Made by a program: the position numbers and the translations under genes. A DNA stretch of 64,000 nucleotides from assembly GCA_003221635.1 (NCBI GenBank), contig QHSR01000242.1:11396-75395 (forward strand), given 5' to 3'. The notes beneath the pieces were generated by a model. That model saw only the letters and a list, made by a program, of their open reading frames with translations, was not told the DNA's origin and searched no databases. Shown piece after piece: positions 36,409 to 46,541 of the stretch (positions within the stretch are counted from its first letter, which is position 1; every line of letters begins with the position of its first letter). Source of the stretch: Candidatus Rokuibacteriota bacterium. GTDB taxonomy: Bacteria; Methylomirabilota; Methylomirabilia; Rokubacteriales; CSP1-6.

Positions 36409-36503
36409 CGCGGGTGCGGGCCGCCGGCCCTCGCGTCAGGCCATTCGGACGCGTGCCGCGTGGTCACGCGACCCCTTCCCAGGGCCGGCGGCCCGCACTC
36501 GCG
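36409..36503. repeat. Nested hairpin element between btuC and btuD (25-bp arms with 2 mismatches, 45-nt loop)
   Basis: The arms are 36409-36433 and 36479-36503. The loop contains cggacgcgtgccgcgtggtc (36446-36465), identical to 17469-17488, followed by a shared cgacccct. Confidence 0.9.
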
Positions 36504-36522
36504 CCGCACGCATCGAGGTCAA

Positions 36523-37323
36523 GTGAAGCTGGTAGAGTTCCGGAGCGTGAGCTTCGTCTATCCGGCGTCGGCCGAGCATCGCGCGCCCTTTGCCGTGTCC
36601 GAGCTCTCGTTCGAGATCGCTCCGGGCGAGATTGTGGGCGTGATCGGGCCGAACAGCTCGGGCAAGACGACCCTCATCCGGCTCCTGACGCGCGTGCTCG
36701 AGCCCGCGGCTGGAGAAATTCGTCTCGAAGGCGCACCGATTCGCCGGCTGACGCGCACGGATTTGGCCCGGCGCGTGGGCGTCGTGCCCCAGGCTTCCCT
36801 GGAGCAGGCTCCCTTCAACGTCGGCGAGCTCGTGCTGATGGGTCGCTATCCCCACGGCCCCGGTCGCTACTTCGAGAGCCCGAGCGATCGGACGGCCGCG
36901 CGCGCGGCGATGGAGGCGACCGGCGTCCTCGAGCTGGCCGATTTGCCGCTCGACCATTTGAGCGGCGGGGAGCGCCAGCGCGCCGTCATCGCGCGCGCCC
37001 TCGCCCAGGAGCCGCGCCTGCTCGTCCTGGACGAGCCAACCGCGCACCTCGATCTCCGCTATCAGGTCGAGGTCGCGGCGCTCCTGCGACGCCTCAACCG
37101 CGAGCGCGGCATGGCGATCCTGCTCGTCTCCCACGATCTCAATCTGGCCTCGGAGGTGTGCGATCGGCTGCTCCTGCTGGCGGGCGGCCGGCCGGTGGCA
37201 ACCGGCGCGCCTGAGGTGGTGCTGGGCGAATCGCTCCTCGCCTCGGTCTTCGGCTGCGAGGTGATCGTCGACAAGACCGAGACGACGCGCCGGCCGGTCG
37301 TGCGCCTGACGTGGCGGGCGTGA
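36523..37323 (+). CDS. btuD: ABC transporter ATP-binding protein (BtuD/FecE-like)
   Basis: Start at the in-frame GTG at 36523. Walker A GPNSSGKTT, signature LSGGERQR, Walker B LLVLDEP. Confidence 0.9.
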   Translation: MKLVEFRSVSFVYPASAEHRAPFAVSELSFEIAPGEIVGVIGPNSSGKTTLIRLLTRVLEPAAGEIRLEGAPIRRLTRTDLARRVGVVPQASLEQAPFNVGELVLMGRYPHGPGRYFESPSDRTAARAAMEATGVLELADLPLDHLSGGERQRAVIARALAQEPRLLVLDEPTAHLDLRYQVEVAALLRRLNRERGMAILLVSHDLNLASEVCDRLLLLAGGRPVATGAPEVVLGESLLASVFGCEVIVDKTETTRRPVVRLTWRA

Positions 37324-37973
37324 TCGACGGGATCGAAGTCTCGGTGGACCGTGAAGCCGTCGTCGTCACGGCGAGCGAGCCGCTGTCGGTTCTCTCCTCG
37401 GCATTCGTGATGGGCGGGTTCGCCATGGCCCGCACGCTCGTGAACCTCCACGTCCCCAAGGATCTCCAGGAAGAGCAGATGGACGGCCTGCTGTCCCGCT
37501 TTACGCAGCGTCGAGGAATTGCCGGGTTGTGGGTCGGGCTCGTGACGTCGGCGTGGACCGAGAAGGCGGAGGTCGCCGAAGCGACGAGCCGTGGGCTGAG
37601 CGCATTCGCGATCGTCACCGTCGGGCTTTCGAACCGGGTCGCGGCAGGGTCGACCCCGATCGCGGCGTGGGCCCCGTCCACGATCAACGCGATCGTCATC
37701 GTCGACGGTGCGCCCGAGCCGGCGGCGCTCGTCAACGCCGTGATGACGGTCACCGAAGTCAAGACGGCACTGCTGGCCGACGCCGAAGTCCGGTGCGACG
37801 ATGGTCGTGTGGCGAGCGGCACATCGACGGACGCCGTCGTCGTCGCGGCGACCGGGCGAGGTACGCGACGGCGGTTTGGAGGACCCATCAGTGATTTCGG
37901 GTGGGTAGTCGCGCGCGCCGCTCGATCGGCGCTGGGCGCCGGGATCCGCCGCTGGATGGACGAGCATCCGTGA
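37311..37973 (+). CDS. cbiZ: Adenosylcobinamide amidohydrolase (CbiZ family)
   Basis: 220 aa with CbiZ-like blocks (SSAFVMGG, TVGLSN, INAIVIVDG, TGTSTDAV). Overlaps the btuD end. Confidence 0.7.
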   Translation: MAGVIDGIEVSVDREAVVVTASEPLSVLSSAFVMGGFAMARTLVNLHVPKDLQEEQMDGLLSRFTQRRGIAGLWVGLVTSAWTEKAEVAEATSRGLSAFAIVTVGLSNRVAAGSTPIAAWAPSTINAIVIVDGAPEPAALVNAVMTVTEVKTALLADAEVRCDDGRVASGTSTDAVVVAATGRGTRRRFGGPISDFGWVVARAARSALGAGIRRWMDEHP

Positions 37974-38866
37974 CGACCCGGCGACCGCCGCTCCTGACGC
38001 TGCTCGCCTCGCTGGCCGTTCACAGCGGCGCACTCGCGCTCCTCTTCTTCTTCACGTCGGAAGAGTCGCCCCCGAGCGCGCTCCTCATTGATCTGGCGAC
38101 CCAGGAAGCCGGGATCGTATCGGAGCGTAAGGCCGCGATTGTTGTATCGGAGCGTAAGGCCGCGATTACCGAGGGTGGCCTGAGACAGGTGCGGGCCGGC
38201 TCCGCACGCCCGATCGGAGTCCCCACACCGCCGGCCGTCGCCCCCGCGCCGTCTTCCAGTCCCGAGCCCGTGCCGCCGCCGGAACGAGCCGTCCCCGTCG
38301 CGAGGCCACCCGAGCCTCGTCAGCCCGAGCCGGCGCTGGCCACGGTGTCGCCGCGGGAGGTGACTCCGACCGGCGTGGCGCCGAGCTCGCCGAGCGCATC
38401 AACGGTCGAAGTCGGGATGAGCGCGGCCGGCGCCAGCGCGGAACGGACCAGCGCGACCTCGGACGGTGGCGGGCCCCGTGCGACTCAGGCGCCCTCGGCG
38501 ATGTCCGGCGAGAGCTCCGGTGGAACCGGGGCGCGCGTCGCGCTCGCGCCGACCGGGCCACCGGGAGGCGAGCCAGGATCAGAGTACGGCGCCTACCTCG
38601 CCCACGTCAGGCGACGCATCCAGGAGTCGCTCCAGTATCCGCAGGCCGCGCGCCGGCGAGGGCTCAGGGGCACCGTGCACCTGGAGATTCTCATCAAGCC
38701 GGATGGCGGAATCAGCGCTGTCTCGGTCACGAGCTCATCGTCGCACCAGGTGCTCGACGAGGCGGCGCTCGAGGCGGTGCGGGGTCTTGCGCCCCAGCCT
38801 TTCCCCTCCGGTCTGATGCCGCGGCTGTTGCGGGTGCGGCTGCCGGTGGTCTTCGATCTGCAGTAG
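37970..38866 (+). CDS. tonB: TonB-family energy transducer
   Basis: GTGA overlap with cbiZ. N-terminal TM helix, a Pro-rich spacer, and a C-terminal TonB domain (YPQAARRRGLRGTVHLEILIKPDG...VLDEAALEAV). Confidence 0.85.
   Translation: MTTRRPPLLTLLASLAVHSGALALLFFFTSEESPPSALLIDLATQEAGIVSERKAAIVVSERKAAITEGGLRQVRAGSARPIGVPTPPAVAPAPSSSPEPVPPPERAVPVARPPEPRQPEPALATVSPREVTPTGVAPSSPSASTVEVGMSAAGASAERTSATSDGGGPRATQAPSAMSGESSGGTGARVALAPTGPPGGEPGSEYGAYLAHVRRRIQESLQYPQAARRRGLRGTVHLEILIKPDGGISAVSVTSSSSHQVLDEAALEAVRGLAPQPFPSGLMPRLLRVRLPVVFDLQ
38117..38167 (+). repeat. In-frame 27-bp tandem duplication inside tonB
   Basis: gtatcggagcgtaaggccgcgatt occurs at 38117 and at 38144. It encodes VSERKAAI twice. Confidence 0.9.
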
Positions 38867-38867
38867 T

Positions 38868-39377
38868 ATGCTCAGTGTGCGAACGATCGAGCGGGACCTC
38901 GACGGCACCACGACCGAGTATCACGACATGGCCGTCGAGGGCGACGGGGTCGAGCGCCTTCTCACCGAGCTCTTCACGGAGCACTGGGCGCAGCTCACCG
39001 TCGGACCGCTGATCGAGGGCGCGGCCTACGAGATCCAGTTCACCTCGGCCCCGAAGGTGACGACGCTCGACGGGTACCTGACGATCGACACGGGACCCTG
39101 GCACTTCCACCTGTGCGTCAACGATCACCGCGGGGCTCGGAGCGAGGAGCTCGCCCGCATCCGGCGCGTAGCACGCGCCGCCTTCTTTCGGACGGAGGGC
39201 GGTTCTTGCTCGGGGACGACGTGGGGACTCAGGCTCTGGAACGGTCGCGGCGAGCAGATGATCACGATCCTGTTCCCGAACCCCCACTTCGACGCAGACT
39301 GGCGGCGTCTCGCGGAGCCCCGCTGGGAGAAGACGGCGCTCTGGCAGGAGCTCCGGCGGCGGTACACGGGCGACTGA
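38868..39377 (+). CDS. Hypothetical cytoplasmic protein (169 aa) inside the B12 operon
   Basis: No signal peptide and tightly packed between tonB and the OMP gene. I do not recognise a family. There is a faint ChuX/HutX-like pattern (GY..I..G..H.H...FF...G...I.I.F). Confidence 0.6.
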   Translation: MLSVRTIERDLDGTTTEYHDMAVEGDGVERLLTELFTEHWAQLTVGPLIEGAAYEIQFTSAPKVTTLDGYLTIDTGPWHFHLCVNDHRGARSEELARIRRVARAAFFRTEGGSCSGTTWGLRLWNGRGEQMITILFPNPHFDADWRRLAEPRWEKTALWQELRRRYTGD

Positions 39378-39381
39378 GCAC

Positions 39382-40179
39382 GTGAGGGCGGCGGGCCGCA
39401 GCGTCGTCGCGGTCTGCGCGGCCCTGGCGTTGGAGGCATCCGTCGCGGTCGCCGAAGAGCCCACCCGCATCCAGACCGACCGCCCCAGCGTCAGCAACAG
39501 CACGAGCACGGTCCTACCCGGCGCTTTGCAGATCGAGGGCGGCGTCGACTACTCGGTGTCGCGAGTGAGCGGTGGTTCCGACGAGCGGCAGTTCCAGCTC
39601 GGTGCGATGCTCCGGGCGGGGCTGACCGATCGGCTCGAGGTCCGGCTCGACGGCGCTCCGCTGGTCCGGCTGCGGGGCGCGGAGGACGACACGGGCTTTG
39701 GCGATCCCACGCTGAGCCTGAAGTACCGGTTCCTCGATGTGCGGGAAGGCAGCTGGTGGCCCTCGCTCGGCCTCTTGCCGTTCGTCAAGCTGCCGATCGC
39801 CCGCGCGCCGATCGGTTCGGAGCGTGTGGATTTCGGGGTCACGGCGCTCGCGAGCGTCGACCTGACGTGGCAACTCGGCCTCGACGCGAACGTGGGCCTT
39901 GCTGCCATCGGTCAGTCGAATGGCGACGCCTTCCGGCTCCACGAGGTGGTGTCGGCTGCGCTCTCACGCCAGATCGGTGAGCGGTGGTCGACCTATGTCG
40001 AGGTCTTCTATTCCTCACCGTCCGAGCGCGGCGCGCACGACATCGTCGGCCTCGACGCCGGGATCCAGTTCTTCCTGACGCCGCGCCTTGCCCTCGACGC
40101 GGCCGCCGAGACCTCGTTCGGCGGACCGGGGCCCGACTACGCGTTCCGCGCCGGGGTGAGCGTGCGGCTCGGGCGGTGA
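39382..40179 (+). CDS. Small outer-membrane beta-barrel of the MetA-pathway/phenol-degradation-like transporter family
   Basis: Signal peptide, then TDRPSVSNSTSTVLPGALQIEGG, alternating beta-strand pattern, and a C-terminal aromatic-rich strand (YAFRAGVSVRLGR). Confidence 0.7.
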   Translation: MRAAGRSVVAVCAALALEASVAVAEEPTRIQTDRPSVSNSTSTVLPGALQIEGGVDYSVSRVSGGSDERQFQLGAMLRAGLTDRLEVRLDGAPLVRLRGAEDDTGFGDPTLSLKYRFLDVREGSWWPSLGLLPFVKLPIARAPIGSERVDFGVTALASVDLTWQLGLDANVGLAAIGQSNGDAFRLHEVVSAALSRQIGERWSTYVEVFYSSPSERGAHDIVGLDAGIQFFLTPRLALDAAAETSFGGPGPDYAFRAGVSVRLGR

Positions 40180-40192
40180 CCGGCGTCGCTTC

Positions 40193-41158
40193 GTGCCCCA
40201 CGTCCTGAGTCCCGCGGGCGAGACGCTGGTCGCGCTGCTCGTGGCGCTGGCGATCGATCTCGCCTTCGGCGATCCCTCGAACCGCTACCATCCCGTCGCC
40301 TGGATCGGCCGCCTCCTCGCGGCGGGGACACGCTGGCTCTGCCGTGGCTCGCCCGCGGCGCTGCTGTCTGGCGGCGCGGTGGTCACGATCGGCGTGGCCG
40401 CGCTTGCCGGAGGGACGGGAGCGCTCGTGTCGGCGCTCGCCGCGCGGCTTGGCGCCGGCGGTCCGTTACTCGAGGCGCTCGCCCTCACGTCCCTACTCTC
40501 GTTCCGAGGTCTCGCCGGCGCGGCCCGTTCGGTCGCCGCCGACCTCGGCCGAGGCGATCTGCCGGCGGCCCGCCGGGCGGTCGGCTACCACCTCGTGAGC
40601 CGCCCTACGGCCGGGCTCGACGAGGGACACGTCGCCTCGGCGACCATCGAATCCGTCGCTGAGAACCTGACCGACAGCGTCGTCGCTCCGGTGTGCTTCT
40701 TCCTCGCCGGGGGGCTCGCGGGCGCCGCCGTCTATCGCGTGATCAACACGGCGGACTCGATGTTCGGTTACAACACGGGGCCGCTCGAGTACTTCGGCAA
40801 GACTGCGGCCCGGGTCGACGATCTGTTGAGCTTCTTCCCGGCGCGGATCGCCGGGCTGAGTCTCGTCGCCGGAGCCGCTCTCGCCGGGGAGAGCGCCCGG
40901 GGGGCTCTGGCGACCCTTCGACGCGACCGGTGCCGCACCGAGAGTCCGAACGCGGGATGGACGATGGCTGCGATGGCGGGGGCCCTGGGCGTGGCCCTCG
41001 AGAAGCCGACCCACTACCGGCTTGGCGCGGGGGCCCTACCGACGGTGAGCGATATCGAGCGGTCGGTGAGGGTACTGAGAGCGGCAGCCGCGGCGAGCCT
41101 CGTGCTCATGGTCGCCGCCTCTCTCGTGGGACGGAAGCTCCTCGGACTTTCCTCCTAG
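40193..41158 (+). CDS. cbiB: Adenosylcobinamide-phosphate synthase (CbiB/CobD)
   Basis: AFGDPSNRYHPVAWIGRL...ADSMFGY...NAGWTMAAMAGALGV. Confidence 0.9.
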   Translation: MPHVLSPAGETLVALLVALAIDLAFGDPSNRYHPVAWIGRLLAAGTRWLCRGSPAALLSGGAVVTIGVAALAGGTGALVSALAARLGAGGPLLEALALTSLLSFRGLAGAARSVAADLGRGDLPAARRAVGYHLVSRPTAGLDEGHVASATIESVAENLTDSVVAPVCFFLAGGLAGAAVYRVINTADSMFGYNTGPLEYFGKTAARVDDLLSFFPARIAGLSLVAGAALAGESARGALATLRRDRCRTESPNAGWTMAAMAGALGVALEKPTHYRLGAGALPTVSDIERSVRVLRAAAAASLVLMVAASLVGRKLLGLSS

Positions 41159-41159
41159 G

Positions 41160-41394
41160 ACTTCGACCGCGCCGAGCTTCTCGAGGGCCCGCTGGAGATA
41201 CTTCTTCGCCGTGCCGACGCTCCATCGAAGTCGAGCGCCGATTTCGCGGTTCGTCATTCCCCGGGGCGACCAGGCGCTGCATTTCCTGCTCGAGCGAGGT
41301 CAGCGGCTCGACGCTCGTGCCGGGCCTCCTGGGCGACGACGACCTGCTCGACGAGCGCGGCGAGGGCGCGCTCCCGCGCCCTCCTTTGTACCAT
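41160..41394 (-). pseudogene. GerE/LuxR-type solo HTH gene remnant split over three frames
   Basis: Three minus-strand frames are involved: MVQRRARERALAALVEQ..., then (+1) EPLTSLEQEMQRLVAPG, then (+1) MTNREIGARLRWSVGTAKKYLQRALEKLGAVE. Joined, they match the LuxR C-terminal HTH pattern LT.RE.EVL.LVA.G.TNKEIA..L.IS..TVK.H......KLGV. One shift falls in a CCCCGGGG run. Confidence 0.45.
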
Positions 41395-41846
41395 TATGAC
41401 AGTCAGTTACATCGCTGAGCCTCAGAGAGGACTGGAATCAGCGCCCGGCGCACGGACCGTCTCCACCCGAGACCCGCGGATGCGCCCGAACTCGCCGGAG
41501 CCGTCCGTGCGCTCGCGCGACTCGCTCCTGGCACGCCTCGCCCGCGCGGGCACATCGCCCCGGCCGCGCGGCGTGTCGCGCAACCGTCGACCCCACTGAA
41601 CCGCTCGCCTCGCGGCGCGCGTCGCCGAGCCGCTGCGCCCGTCGATGGGCCCGCACGATCGTCGTCTCCGTTTGCCTCGAGCCGCGCGACCCCGGCGCGG
41701 CGACGTCCGGCGGCTCGCACGGCCAGGCATCGTCGCGCATCTCGCGCCGCGCACCGGGGCTCGGCGTCGGGCCACTCCGTGGCTCGCGCCGCTGTCCGCT
41801 TTTTCTTCGTCACGACGCAGTGCCGGGCAGGTACCCTGTTACGCGA

Positions 41847-43508
41847 GTGCGGCTGACAGACCGGTTGACGGACGGAGTGCGGGCGGCGCTCGCGAAGGCG
41901 GGCTTGCCCGAGCCCGCTGAGTGCGCGTGGGAAATCCCGCGCCAGGCGGAGCACGGCGACTACGCGAGCAATGTTTGCATGGTTCTCGCCCGGGCCGCGA
42001 AGCGCGCGCCGCGACAGATCGCCGACCTCGTCGTAAAGCACTTCCCGCCGATGCCCGAGGTCGAGCGCATCGAGGTCGCCGGTCCCGGATTTCTCAACGT
42101 GTTCCTGACTCCGGCCTGGTGCGCCAGCGCGCTCAAAGACATCCTCGCGACGGGTGCCGCCTACGGGCGTGGTGAGAGTCACGCGGGGCGGCGGATCCGC
42201 ATGGAGTTCGTGTCGGCGAACCCGACCGGGCCGCTCGTCATCGTCAATGCGCGCGCCGCCGCGGTCGGCGACGCCCTCGCGCGGTTGCTGCGGGCGCAGG
42301 GCGCACTCGTGACGACCGAGTTCTACGTCAACGACGCCGGGAGCCAGTTCGAGGCCCTGGCTCGCTCATTCGAGGCGCGCGTCAAGCAGGAGTGCGGCGC
42401 GCCCGCCGCGCTCCCCGAGAACGGGTACCCCGGCGAGTACCTGGTCGAGCTCGCCAAGGCGTATTGCGCCGAGGGCGGGAGCCTCATGGACGGCGCCTCC
42501 GAGCGCGAGCGCCTCGAGCACTTCGGGCGATATGCGGTCGCGCGCATCGTCGAGGGGCAGCGCCGCACCCTGCGCGAGTACGGTGTGGAGTTCGATGTCT
42601 GGTCGTCCGAGCAGCGCGACGTCCGTGCGAAACGCCTCCCGGAGAAGGTGCTGGCGGAGTTCGCGTCCCGCGGCCTCAGCTACGAAGGGGATGGGGCGCT
42701 CTGGTTCCGCTCGTCCGAGGGGGAAGAGGCGGGCGACGACAAGGACCGGGTGCTCAGACGGTCGAACGGTGAGGTGACCTACTTCGCCGTGGACGTCGCC
42801 TATCACCACTACGTGAAATTCGCGGCGGCCGACCGCGTGATCAACCTCCTCGGCCCCGATCACCACGGTTACGTCCCACGGATGCGGGCGGCGATGCAGG
42901 CGCTCGGCCACCCGCCCGCGGTGTTCGAAGTCCTGATCGTGCAGCTCGTGACCCTGCTGCGCGACGGGCAACCGGTGCGCATGTCCAAGCGCCGCGGCGA
43001 ATTCGTGCTCATGGAAGAGCTGCTCGAGGAAGTCGGCCGCGATGCCGCGCGCTTCACGTTCCTCACGCGCCGGCACGACAGCCCTCTCGAGTTCGACCTG
43101 GCCGTCGCGACGCGCCAGTCGAACGAGAACCCCGTCTACTACGTGCAATACGCGCACGCGCGTATTCGCTCGATCTTCCGCCAGGCGACAGAGCAGGGGA
43201 TCGCCGCCCCGCCCTTGACCGACGTGGACACGAGCCCGCTCGTGGAGCCGGCGGAGCTGGCGCTGATCAAGCTGCTCTTGCAATTCCCGGAGCTCGTCGC
43301 CGGCGCGGCCCGGACACTCGAGCCGCACCGGGTCGCCTACTGGTTGCAGCAGCTCGCGGCCGAATTCCATGCCTGGTACAAGAGCCATCGGGTCATCCAG
43401 GACGACGCTCGCCTCATGCACGCGCGCATGGCCCTCTGCGTGGCCGTGGACACCGTCATCCGAAACGGCCTCGACCTCCTTGGCGTGGGCGCGCCCGAGA
43501 GCATGTGA
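41847..43508 (+). CDS. argS: Arginine--tRNA ligase
   Basis: Class I synthetase blocks (SANPTGPL, MSKRRG) and a DALR anticodon-binding C-terminus ending in ...ESM. Start at GTG 41847, with 41820 as an alternative. Confidence 0.95.
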   Translation: MRLTDRLTDGVRAALAKAGLPEPAECAWEIPRQAEHGDYASNVCMVLARAAKRAPRQIADLVVKHFPPMPEVERIEVAGPGFLNVFLTPAWCASALKDILATGAAYGRGESHAGRRIRMEFVSANPTGPLVIVNARAAAVGDALARLLRAQGALVTTEFYVNDAGSQFEALARSFEARVKQECGAPAALPENGYPGEYLVELAKAYCAEGGSLMDGASERERLEHFGRYAVARIVEGQRRTLREYGVEFDVWSSEQRDVRAKRLPEKVLAEFASRGLSYEGDGALWFRSSEGEEAGDDKDRVLRRSNGEVTYFAVDVAYHHYVKFAAADRVINLLGPDHHGYVPRMRAAMQALGHPPAVFEVLIVQLVTLLRDGQPVRMSKRRGEFVLMEELLEEVGRDAARFTFLTRRHDSPLEFDLAVATRQSNENPVYYVQYAHARIRSIFRQATEQGIAAPPLTDVDTSPLVEPAELALIKLLLQFPELVAGAARTLEPHRVAYWLQQLAAEFHAWYKSHRVIQDDARLMHARMALCVAVDTVIRNGLDLLGVGAPESM

Positions 43509-44128
43509 TGGCGGTGCGAGGGGGACGGGCGCGACGCGACGGAAACCGCACCGCCACCGTCCTCTTCCTGGTGGGCTGTCTCGCGGTGCTCGGCGGCACG
43601 TTCATGCTCGGGGTCGTGGCGGGGCGCTTCTGGCCGCGTCCTCCGTCTTCCCAGGTCCCCACCGCCGCCAAAGGCGCGAGGGAGTTGTCGCCGGCGCGAG
43701 CGGGGGACAGAGGTGCGCGCCCGCCCGAGCCGGCTCCGGCGCTGACCTTCTATTCGGAGCTGACCGCGCCGCTCACGGCGCCGCCGCCGGCGAAGCCCGC
43801 GAAGCCCCCGCGTGTCGAGCGGAGCGCCAAGCTCGACGCGGCGCCGAAGAACGAGGGGACCGCGGCGACCGAGATCCCCCGACCGGCGCCGAACCAGGCG
43901 GCGTTCACCGTCCAGGTAGGCGCGTACAAGGCGAAAGAGCCCGCCGAGGCGCTGCGCGCGCGGCTCGCCGCCGGGGGCCACGACGCGTACGTCGTCCAGA
44001 TAGACGCGCCCGGCAGCGTCCGGTTCCGCGTGCGCGTCGGCTCCTTCGCCACGCGGGAAGCGGCCCAGCAGGTCGCCGACCGGATCGGCAGCGAGCGCTC
44101 GCTCTCGGCCTACGTGACGTCCCGGTGA
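43505..44128 (+). CDS. SPOR-domain protein
   Basis: N-terminal TM helix, Pro/Ala-rich linker, and a C-terminal SPOR repeat (FTVQVGAYKAKEPAEALRARL...RVRVGSFATREAA). Confidence 0.8.
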   Translation: MMAVRGGRARRDGNRTATVLFLVGCLAVLGGTFMLGVVAGRFWPRPPSSQVPTAAKGARELSPARAGDRGARPPEPAPALTFYSELTAPLTAPPPAKPAKPPRVERSAKLDAAPKNEGTAATEIPRPAPNQAAFTVQVGAYKAKEPAEALRARLAAGGHDAYVVQIDAPGSVRFRVRVGSFATREAAQQVADRIGSERSLSAYVTSR

Positions 44129-44129
44129 G

Positions 44130-44660
44130 ATGCCGGCGCCCAAGCCCCAGCGAGTGCTCGTCGCCGAAGCGGCGATTGCCGCGCGCGTGGCCGAGCTGGC
44201 GCGCGCGATCGCGCGCGACTACGCGGGCGAGAATCCGGTGCTGGTCGGCGTGCTCCAGGGAGCGGTGCCCTTCGTCGCCGATCTCATGCGCGCGCTTCCC
44301 ATCGACGTCACGGTCGATTTCATTCGCGCCTCGAGCTACGGCGCGGGGACGAGCTCCTCGGGCAGGGTGCGGCTCGTCGCCGACCTGGCGGTTGAGGTCG
44401 CGGATCGGCACGTGCTCATCGTCGACGACATCGTCGACACGGGACTCACGCTCGCCGCGCTGAAGCGAACGCTCGAGGCGCGCCGGCCGCGGAGCGTGCG
44501 CACGTGCGTGCTCCTCGACAAGGCCGGTCGTCGAGAGACGGACGTCACCATCGACTACGTCGGGTTCACGATCCCGAACGTGTTCGTCGTGGGATACGGT
44601 CTCGACTACGGCGGGCTCTACCGAAACCTGCCCTACGTCGCGGCGCTCGACGTGACCTGA
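44130..44660 (+). CDS. hpt: Hypoxanthine phosphoribosyltransferase
   Basis: PRPP motif [13 protein letters not shown], plus VVGYGLDY. Confidence 0.9.
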   Translation: MPAPKPQRVLVAEAAIAARVAELARAIARDYAGENPVLVGVLQGAVPFVADLMRALPIDVTVDFIRASSYGAGTSSSGRVRLVADLAVEVADRHVLIVDDIVDTGLTLAALKRTLEARRPRSVRTCVLLDKAGRRETDVTIDYVGFTIPNVFVVGYGLDYGGLYRNLPYVAALDVT

Positions 44661-44686
44661 CGCTCCCCTCCGTCGCCGGGCCCCGG

Positions 44687-44695
44687 TGTTATAAT
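44687..44695 (+). promoter_or_regulatory. Putative extended -10 promoter element (TGtTATAAT) upstream of ftsH
   Basis: A perfect TATAAT at 44690-44695 is preceded by TGt. This is rare in such GC-rich DNA. It lies only 12 nt before the ftsH ATG. Confidence 0.35.
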
Positions 44696-44707
44696 GACCG
44701 GGCGGGC

Positions 44708-46525
<1,818 letters not shown>

Positions 46526-46541
46526 CGGCTCGCGGCTCGAT

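Noticed and set aside
41141-41160. The minus-strand GGAGGAAAGTCCGAG resembles the RNase P RNA conserved region (GAGGAAAGUCCGGGC).
   Set aside because: It lies inside the well-supported cbiB coding sequence. It differs at the GGGC positions. None of the other conserved RNase P blocks are present nearby.
41396-41920. Plus-strand ORFs 41396..41599 and 41645..41920 (same frame, coding-like GC3) as real genes upstream of argS.
   Set aside because: Their translations are Arg/Pro-rich with no recognisable family. The frame is interrupted by a TGA, and the second ORF runs into argS. They are mentioned only as part of the gene-poor region finding.
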